Shown here one piece after another: positions 53,096 through 61,562 of a stretch of 64,000 nucleotides of DNA. Each line of letters opens with the position of its first letter. Position 1 is the first letter of the stretch. The notes beneath the pieces are model-generated. The model saw nothing but the letters and a program-made list of their open reading frames with translations. It was not told where the DNA came from and ran no database searches. Source of the DNA: an uncultured delta proteobacterium (GTDB taxonomy: Bacteria > Desulfobacterota > WTBG01); the NCBI GenBank assembly GCA_963793865.1, contig CAWCBP010000008.1, positions 256,001-320,000 on the forward strand, in the 5' to 3' direction. The translations under genes and the position numbers were made by a program.

Positions 53096-55007
53096 ATGAA
53101 AAAAATGTATATGATCATATTGGCAGTGGCAGTCGCGCTGTCAGCCGGGCAGGCCTTCGCTCTTCCCGGTGTCTACAACATGGGCGCTGATACTCAGACC
53201 CTGTTAGTGTCCCGCCTGTGAAACAAGAACCATAAGCCTGGATGGAACCGGCTTCGGCACCTCACCGCTGGTGTCGGGCGGTTTTCTTCTGCAGAACAGC
53301 AACGAAACCGCGGTTGATATTACCGCCGTTCAGTGCTATGACGGCGCGCTCACCCCGGCAGTGTGGGATGCGGGCTCATTGATAGTGTTCGATCCCACCG
53401 GGTATCCCGGCGCAGTGTTTGTCGCAGCCTCCAACCTGGGCGCCGGCGTGGTCCCGTCCGCCAACATCCTGGTGTGCGATGTGACCTTCTGCGGCGTGGC
53501 CGCCGGTACTGCCAACCTGTGTGTTGACACGGTGCCTGATTTCGACACCTTTGTTGCCCAGGATGCAACCGTGTATGACCCCAACATCGATGGGGATTGC
53601 ATTGCCGTAACCGTCCAGGATAATCCCTGCGAGTGCAGTATTGCCGGAGCTACCGACAGTTGCGGCAAGTGCTACTGAATCCGGTGACCGCGCAGTATAC
53701 TGCTTCTGGAGATGCAGAATGTGTAGATTCGAGTTTACGCGTATAGCAGCGACTGTACCGCTGGGTACTATTGACCCGGATACAGGTCTTTTAACCGTAC
53801 CTGCTACCACGGATGGTGAGTGCTGTACCATAACAGTAACCGATACTGCCAATACCGATGTTAATACCGGTGATCCGGTTGTCTGCACGCTGCCCATACG
53901 ATATCGTAGCTGGCGTCAGTCTGCAACACCGAAATCGCGCTCGGCAGGGAATGCCCCGGCGAAGCGATTGACGACCCGGCTTACAACAGGCCCGGAAGAC
54001 GCGGTCTTGCCGCCACCTGCGATGACATCATCGACTTCACCGTGTGCACCAACAGCACCGAACCGACATGGTCCGGGGCTTGCCTGGTGTGGACGATCGA
54101 ACCGAACCTGACAGGCGCCACCATTACCCAGATCGATGATTGCTGCTGGAGACTTATTGCTGGCGACACCTGCGACCTGCAAGAGAAGACCTTTACCGAA
54201 GTTGTAACGGTGACCGACACCTGCTGCAACAGCACCGACAGTGTCGAGATCGAATTCGGCAAGGTGATCATTGACATCGGCGACACCAACATTCAGCCCA
54301 ACAGCGAGTCCGGACTGGTCGACATCAGCATGACCAACCTGGATCACTCTGTGCGCGCCATTACCCTGGACATCGCGGCCTGCACCGGTGAAGACAACCT
54401 GGTATGCACGCAGTGCCTGGTTGATGTTGACCGTAGCCTCGATTTCACCTGTTCAGCCAATGAGCAGGCGGACGGAAGCTGCAGAGTGGTTCTGTACTCA
54501 ACCGACCCGGCAGCCGTCATTACGCAGGGCAGAGGCCCCATTGCCCAGATCGTGTACTCGGCAGATGGCGAGCTTGATGTGTGCGGTTCCGATGCCTGCG
54601 TAGATCTGTGCGCGATCAACATCAGCGTATCCGATCAGTTCAACGAAGATCTGTGCACCTGCGCCAGCGCGGGCGAAGTATGCTTCACCACCTGCGGTGA
54701 TATTTATCCCCAGGACTGCATCGGCGGTACCTGCGGCGCTCTGACCTGCTGCGGTGATGGCGTGATCGACCTCTTCGATATCCTCGAGGCGGTTGACATC
54801 ATCCTGAACCTGCAGATTGCCACGGACTGCCAGATCGCAAACGGTGATGTGCCCAACGGTATGCCGCCTTACTGCGGTAATCCTCCGGGGACACCCAACT
54901 GTCAGGGTGACGGCGACATCGATATCTTTGATGTGCTGGTCATGATTGACAAGGCCCTTGGTAAGATGAACTGCTGCGATTACTGCCTGTACGGCAATAT
55001 CTTCTAA
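53096..55007 (+). CDS. Secreted Cys-rich protein: cohesin-like domains, Ig-like segments and C-terminal dockerin-like (type B) module; multiple frameshifts
   Basis: SD aggaggtg, signal peptide MKKMYMIILAVAVALSAGQAFA; fragments 53271..53678, 53641..54111, 54042..55007; C-terminus GDGVIDLFDILEAVDIIL...GDGDIDIFDVLVMIDKALG. Confidence 0.75.
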
Positions 55008-55039
55008 GCACGCTCATCACCGGTAACTAACAACTAACC

Positions 55040-55086
55040 CCAGCCTGGCAGGAGGTATTATACCGACTGCCAGGCTGGTTATTATT
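55040..55086 (+). terminator. Stem-loop/likely intrinsic terminator
   Basis: ccagcctggcag/ctgccaggctgg 12-bp stem followed by ttattatt. Confidence 0.65.
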
Positions 55087-55313
55087 AAGGATAAGTGGTT
55101 TGGTTTGAGAATAGATTATGTGCAGGAACGCGCTCCGTCGCGTCCTATTGAAACGATGCAATAAATATGTTACTGAATACTAGCTATAATATCGAAGCGA
55201 AGCGAGAAATCTTTTACTCAATATTAAAAATAATTGCCCCAAATCAAACTTTGAACGTTTAATAAACATCGCATATCTCAACCAGAACCTTTAACCAGCA
55301 AGGCGGTGACCGG

Positions 55314-55952
55314 ATGATCAGACAGTTTTCCAAATTATTGACAGTTGCGGGACTCATACTTCTTACAGGCAATTATCTTATTACTCCGGCAGAGGCGGCA
55401 GAGGAAGGAAAGAAGACGGAAGCCGTCAAGGCGGCGCCGGCAGCGACGCCCACGGAAGCGGCACAGGCTGTTGAAGGGGCGAAACCCGCCGAGGCGGCTA
55501 AAAAGGGAAAGACGACGGAGCCGTCTCTGGGGCTGAAGGCCGGCGGTAAGAATACCGCCAAACTTGAGCTGCAGAGCGATATCCCGGTGCGGGCCCTTCA
55601 GTTTTCCGTTACCGGGGCGAAAATCACCGAGGTGCGCACCACCGGCCGGGCAAAAGGCTTTTTCTCGAAGTTCAACGAGCAAAACGGCATGGTGATCATC
55701 CTTTCGACGACCGGGGAAGAGATTGCCCCGGGCAAGGGCGAGGTGGCTGAAATCGTGTGTGATAAACCGGCAACCGCCAAACTCGCGGATGTGAAAATAG
55801 TGGGGAAACGCAGTGACGGAAGTTGCCTGATGGTTATAACTATTATGGCTAAGGGAATGACAGGTGGATTGTTTCATTCAAGACAAGAGCGGAAACAGGA
55901 GATGCGGATCGCATGTATCTCTTGTTTTGCTGTCTTCAAGACCCTTAGATAA
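55314..55952 (+). CDS. Secreted protein with Ala/Glu/Lys-rich linker and a minimal cohesin-like domain
   Basis: Signal peptide ending AEA; LELQSDIPVRALQFSV...VIILSTTGEEIAPGKGEVAEI matches the cohesin-like pattern of neighbours; true end may be ~55816 if a frameshift is present. Confidence 0.65.
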   Translation: MIRQFSKLLTVAGLILLTGNYLITPAEAAEEGKKTEAVKAAPAATPTEAAQAVEGAKPAEAAKKGKTTEPSLGLKAGGKNTAKLELQSDIPVRALQFSVTGAKITEVRTTGRAKGFFSKFNEQNGMVIILSTTGEEIAPGKGEVAEIVCDKPATAKLADVKIVGKRSDGSCLMVITIMAKGMTGGLFHSRQERKQEMRIACISCFAVFKTLR

Positions 55953-55955
55953 CCG

Positions 55956-56005
55956 GTAGGAGCGGCTTTAAGCCGCGAATGCATCGCGCCTGAAGGCGCT
56001 CCTAC
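55956..56005. repeat. GTAG-family REP doublet
   Basis: Near-identical to 32687-32736. Confidence 0.85.
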
Positions 56006-56112
56006 CGAAGTTTCAAAAGGATAATTAATACCTGAGAGGGTCGGTGGCGGATTCATAGTAAGAAAGATACGGGGGGCTTGATCTGAAAAACCAGGTAAAA
56101 AGGAGAGGATGC

Positions 56113-58498
56113 ATGATCAAGAAAGCGCTGTTAGTAGTTTCCGGCTTGCTCTTTTTTTCCCCAGTAAGCCAGGCGCAGGTTACCCTGAGCGTTGGCACCG
56201 GTTCGGGGTACCGGGGATCCGATAATAATGTCGTGTCGGTCAACCTGAGCAATGCCGCCGACAGGGTCAGAAAGGTGCAGGTGGAGCTGTGCGATGTCGA
56301 TAATTACATGAGCGTGGCTCAGGTGCGATACCACCACCCGCAGCCGTGACGGGTTTACCTGCGGTGTCATCAGCCTTCCTTCGGGATGCTCGCGGATTAT
56401 TTTAAATTCGCCCGGCGGATATATTCCAACGGGCACCGGATCCATAATGACCCTGCGGTATAATGTCGTTGCCGGCGCACCCGCCGGGGAGTGCAGGGCG
56501 ATCAATCAGCAGAACATATTCGCCTATGATGAGCTGGGAAGCCTCTTGAGCGTCACCCCGGTTTCGGGGAATTTCTGTTTCAACAACTGCACCCTGACCA
56601 CCCAGTGCCAGGACGGACTCTACTGCAACGGGACCGATGGCTGCTCGGGCGGCGCCTGCACCCACACCGGCAATCCCTGTCCCGGCACCCAGTGCAACAC
56701 CTGCCAGGAGGACACCAATACCTGTTATGACCCGGCCGGCACCATTTGCACCGATGACGGCCTTTTCTGCAACGGGGATGAGATCTGCAACGGGAGCGGC
56801 TCATGCACTCACTCCGGCAGCCCCTGCCCCTATGCCACCTGCGTTGAAGCAACCGACGAGTGCAGCTGCTTCGGATCGGGCGAGAGCTGCGAGGACAACA
56901 AGTTCTGCAACGGGGATGATTACTGCCTGTTCGGGGTGTGCGAGCACGTGGGCGATCCATGTGCCTCACAGGATTTGCATTGCGCCGAAGCGGTGGACCG
57001 CTGCATCTGCTTTATCGATGCCGAGTGCAATGACGGCAATGCCTGCACCGATGACCGCTGTGAAACTGACGGCAGCTGCAGGGGGATCAATAACACCGCT
57101 CCCTGCGACGACGGCATCTTTTGCAACGGGGCAGACACCTGCTCCTGCGGGTCCTGCAGCCACGCGGGGGACCCCTGTGCCTATCCCAATGTGTGCTATG
57201 AGAATACCGATACCTGCACCACCCGGGAGGTTGAGGTGAACCTGGGGTTCGGCTCGGGCAACATCGGAACAACCGACAGACAGGTAAATGTGCAGCTCAG
57301 AAACCCCAGCAGGGCGGTGAGCGGGTTGCAGATGAATGTCTGCGATGAGTATGACCACCTGATTGCAACCAGTTGCACCGTAAGCTCGGCCGCACCTGAG
57401 TTGCTGGCCACAAAATTCGACTGCGCGGTGAACGAATTGGAAAACGGCTGTGCCAATGTGGTGCTGACGCCCAAAGGATCGGCGCCCATAAACCCCAATT
57501 CAACCACACGGACCATTTTTAACATAGGCTTTGACGTAGGCCTCTGTACGACAAGGAGCACGGCCTGCACCAACTGCGGCACCGACTGTTACTATCCGGG
57601 TGCGACCTGCTCCGCCGGCGCCGCCAACTGTTACCGCTATGACCGGAACAAGCTGTGTAATTGTGATCAAAACGGATGTTATTCGCTGGAAGATATCTGT
57701 CCTCCGGTTGATACCGGGGATGTGTGGGTGACAATTAGCGATCTCCTGGTGGTGGACCCCTTTAACAGTGTGCTGGGGGCGCTGGCGGTGCCCACCCCCT
57801 TCGCGAATTTTGAGATCGCCTGTGACGGCAACGCTGACTGCTCCAGGGGAAGCGTCTGCAGCACCGACACCTGCAGCGGCGGCTCCTGCATCCATACCTC
57901 GAGCGGCGTGGTAACCTGCAATGACGGCCTCTTTTGCACCACCACCGACCGCTGTTCCGGCGGGTATTGCGTGGGTACGGGCGACACCTGCGGCTCGATA
58001 TTTCTCTGCAACGAGGAGACGAACGCGTGCTTCAGCTGCACCGGTGACGCCGACTGTGACGGTGTCCCTGACGAGGGCGACAACTGCGCGGGCATTCCCA
58101 ACGGACCGGACGGCGGCTTCTGCACCGCGGGCACCAATTCCGGGACGCCCTGCCTGGAACACTGCGATTGCGGTCTGATCGCGAGCTACTGCAGCACGGG
58201 CCAGGAAGACAGCTACCCGCCGGGCGGCAATAACATTGGTGATGCCTGCGAGTGCGAAGGCAACTTTGACACCGATACGGATGTGGACGGGACCGATGCT
58301 TCCAAATTCAAAACTCATTTCGGCAGGAGCAAGATTCAGAACCCCTGCACCAACGTAAGCACCTGCAATGGGGACTTTGAGTGTGACCAGGACGTGGACG
58401 GCACTGACGCCAGCCTGTTTAAGAAGGATTTCGGACGAAGCTCCATAAAGAATCCATGCCCCGTCCGGCCCGTTACGGTGTGGTGCGCGTATCCGTAA
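56113..58498 (+). CDS. Secreted Cys-rich scaffold-like protein: cohesin-like, Cys repeats, cohesin-like, Cys repeats, TSP3-like, tandem dockerin-like (type A); frameshifts at ~56330-56430
   Basis: Signal peptide; VTLSVGTGSG...VSVNLSN...VQVELCD; repeats CxDGL[YF]CNG; CNDGNACTDDRC; CEGNFDTDTDVDGTDASKFKTHFGR / GDFECDQDVDGTDASLFKKDFGR. Confidence 0.8.
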
Positions 58499-58725
58499 AC
58501 GAGGGGGCAGGGTACAGGGGTCAGCGTACAGAGGGTGTGATACGAATCCCAAATCCGAAGCACTTGTAAATGAATTTAAATGGTCAGGCGAAATTCGAAA
58601 CAAATTCAAAATTCTAATACTCAATGTTCGAAACGAGGACAATAAAGAGAGATGCAGGGTTTTTTGCCCTACACCCTGGGCCCTGAACCCTGACCCTCAT
58701 TTGTAACCACGAAGAGCACGAAGCC

Positions 58726-58786
58726 GTAGGGGCAACCCCCTGTGGTTGCCCTATGATATCGGGCAGGCACAGGGGCCTGCCCCTAC
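58726..58786. repeat. GTAG-family REP doublet (second subtype) within a repeat-rich intergenic region
   Basis: gtaggggcaaccccctgtggttgccct...gggcaggcacaggggcctgcccctac; heptamer tracts at 58506-58700. Confidence 0.8.
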
Positions 58787-58968
58787 GAAGAACAAGAAGG
58801 GAGAGGAACGTTAACCGGCCCGGTAGCGAATCGGCTCACGGGCGCACCTGAAGGAGGGGATTATAGGAGAAATGTAATTTCTTACAAAAAGATTTCTCGC
58901 GCAGCCTGTCCTGAGCCAATCGACTGAGAAATCTTTTCACAGCACCGTGCAGCAAAGGTAATATCAAA

Positions 58969-61336
58969 ATGAAAGCGATACGCAAGCTTTTCAGGTCCTG
59001 CCTGGTAGCAACCGCGTTTCTTCTGTCCGCCGCTGCCTTCCCCGCCATGGCACAGCCGTGGGTATACAATCTATACGGCGCAAATGAGCTGCCGGACGGT
59101 GTTTCATACGGCACGGTTTCTTTGAGCTACATTTACGACAGCGGCAAGCGCGGTGTCAGACTTACCGTGACCGCCAATGATTCCATTCTTTCCCCCTGCA
59201 GCAATTTCGGAATTCAGCGTTTCGGATTTAACACCGTCCTGGCAAATCCGCCGGCTGACTGTCCCGAAGGTGACGCCGATGGGGACGGGATTTCCGACTG
59301 CTGTGGATAATTGTGCCGACCATGCCAATGGCCCGGGAGGCGGCACCTGTACCAGGGGTACCATCGGCGCCGCCTGCATAAACAATAGCGACTGCGGAGC
59401 GGACGGCTTCTGCAGCAGGGCTCAGGAGGATAATTATCCGCCCCCCGGCAACAAGTACGGCAACGCCTGCGAATGCGAGGGCAATTTTGACAGGGACCAG
59501 GATGTTGACGGTACTGACGGGTTTATCTTTAAAGAGGATTTCGGGCGGTACCCAATTTTCAACCCCTGCACCGATGACCTGCCCTGCTACGGTGATTTCG
59601 AGGAAGACAGGGATGTCGACGGAACGGACGCGATAAAATTCAAGGAGGATTTCGGGAGAGCACCGCGCAATAATATCTGCCCCAGTTTTTGGGCAAACGT
59701 GAGGATGACCCTGCCTCCGGAATGGTCAGGCACCTTTGGAAGTTACCAGTACAGCGAATTCGGCAGGTTTCAGATCGATGTCCGGGGCGATGGATCGAGC
59801 CGGGTCAATCCCCTGATTATAGATATTTACCACCAGACGGAGAACCTGTTCTACACTGATTTTGTCGTGCCCAATGAAATGGGCCAGTTTTTTTCCGCGC
59901 ATATAGCTGACTTTTCCTACCAGGGCTCTGAGTGCATGAGCGGCTACTTTGCCTCTCCCGGCGGCGGCCCGCTGACCACGACCACTTCCAGCATAAAGAC
60001 GACCACCACCACCTCTGCAGCCACAACGACGACGACTGCCCCGACCACAACTACATCGGAGATGACCACAACCACCTCCGTGTCGACGACAACCACCTCC
60101 CAGCCGGTGATCACCACCAGCACCACCACCACCTCTGTGCCCACAACGACGACATCCGTCCCGAGCACGACCACCTCGGAGATGACCACCACCACCTCTG
60201 TGTCCACGACGACCAGCTCTCAGCCGGTGATCACCACCACGGTACCGACTACCACCACCTCGGCACCCTCTCTCTGCAGGGGAGAGATATACAAGGGCGG
60301 CACCTGTGACCTGGGCCTGCCCATTGATGATCCGGCCTATAACCGGCCGGGGAGAAGGGGGCTCTCGCTTACCTGCGAGGATATTGTTGACTTCTGCGTC
60401 TGCACCGACTGCGTGAATCTTGATCCGGCGTGCCTGGTGTGGACGATAGATCCCGCCGAGCCGTATTTGAGCATCGTCGCCAACCCCAACGGGACCGCGC
60501 GGCTGACGGTGGGAGAATCCTGCGATCAGCTTGAGGAAATCAGGGAATACACGGTGACGGTGACCGACACCTGCAACGGCTGGTCGGACAGCGTGGTGCT
60601 TGAGCTGGGCAAGGTGACCCTGGATGTCACCGATGTTTCCATCCAGAAGGGAAGCGACGCATTTATGGTGCCGGTCAAGCTGGTGAACCGCTATAACACG
60701 GTACGGGCGCTGAGCGTGGATATCTGTGAGTGCGACGGAGGCGATGACAGGGCGGTATGCAGCGGCTGCGTCAGCGATCCCCTCCGCGCCCTAAATTTCA
60801 CCTGCCTTGCCGCCGAGATGGAGGATGGCTGCTGCAGGGTTCTGCTGTATGCCACCAATCCCGCCGCCTTTATTTTGCGGGGTGCGGGGACGGTCGCCAA
60901 CGTCATGTACGAGGCTGCGGAAGAATTTGACGGCTGCAGTTGCTTGCGGCCGGTCAACCGGCAGGTCTCGGACCAGTTTAATGAAGATCTGTGCGCCTGC
61001 CAGTCGCCGGGGGATCTTTGCTTCAAGTCCTGCGGAGACATCTACCCCCAGGACTGTCTCGATCCGGGCTGCGCGACCTGCGGGGACAATGCGGTTGATC
61101 TTCTGGACATACTGGAGGCGGTTGATATTATTCTGGGCAATCAGACGCCTACCTCCTGCCAGCTTGATCACGGTGATGTGCCCAACGGCTATCCGCCGTA
61201 TTGCGGTGAACCTGCCGGCAGCCTCGACTGCGGGTCGGACGGAGACATTGACGTGCTCGATCTCCTGGTCATCATTGACATGGCTCAGGGGAGGGCCAAC
61301 TGCTGCGACTACTGTTTGTTCAGGAAGATTTTTTAA
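58969..61336 (+). CDS. Secreted multidomain protein with type A dockerin-like insert, Thr-rich linker, cohesin-like domain and type B dockerin-like C-terminus; frameshift near 59300
   Basis: Signal peptide ending AMA; ORF 58969..59310 joins 59177..61336 at DADGDGISD/VDNC; motifs shared with 53096 and 56113 proteins. Confidence 0.8.
59973..60262 (+). repeat. Thr-rich linker with a 120-bp internal duplication
   Basis: TTTSEMTTTTSVSTTT[TS]SQPVITT occurs twice, 120 nt apart (~60043 and ~60163). Confidence 0.9.
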
Positions 61337-61358
61337 ATTATTTTCATTTGTTTAAAGT

Positions 61359-61522
61359 GTCATCCTGCGATTTGATCGCAGGATCCAGCAATACGTAGTT
61401 GGCGGATTCTCTGGTCAAGTTTCAGACGCAGAATGACGATGTGCTAAAGAGAGTTTCGCATGGGTCAATTTTAGGCTCTTTGAGTTGGATCGAGTCATCC
61501 TGCGACTTGATCGCAGGATCCA
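61359..61522. repeat. Two copies of the GTCATCCTGCGA[CT]TTGATCGCAGGATCCA palindromic repeat
   Basis: 61359-61387 and 61494-61522; third copy at 35646-35674. Confidence 0.85.
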
Positions 61523-61562
61523 ATAAAAAACATTTTTCGGTGTCTTTCAAGAGGTGATAGCG

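Noticed and set aside
52530..56350. TGA stops in Cys-rich genes as possible selenocysteine recoding
   Set aside because: Where I traced them (e.g. 52538, 56347), the coding pattern continues in a different frame, not past the TGA, which fits indels.
59932..60309. His-rich ORF (+) and Val-rich ORF (-)
   Set aside because: Alternate-frame shadows of the Thr-rich ACC/ACG linker.
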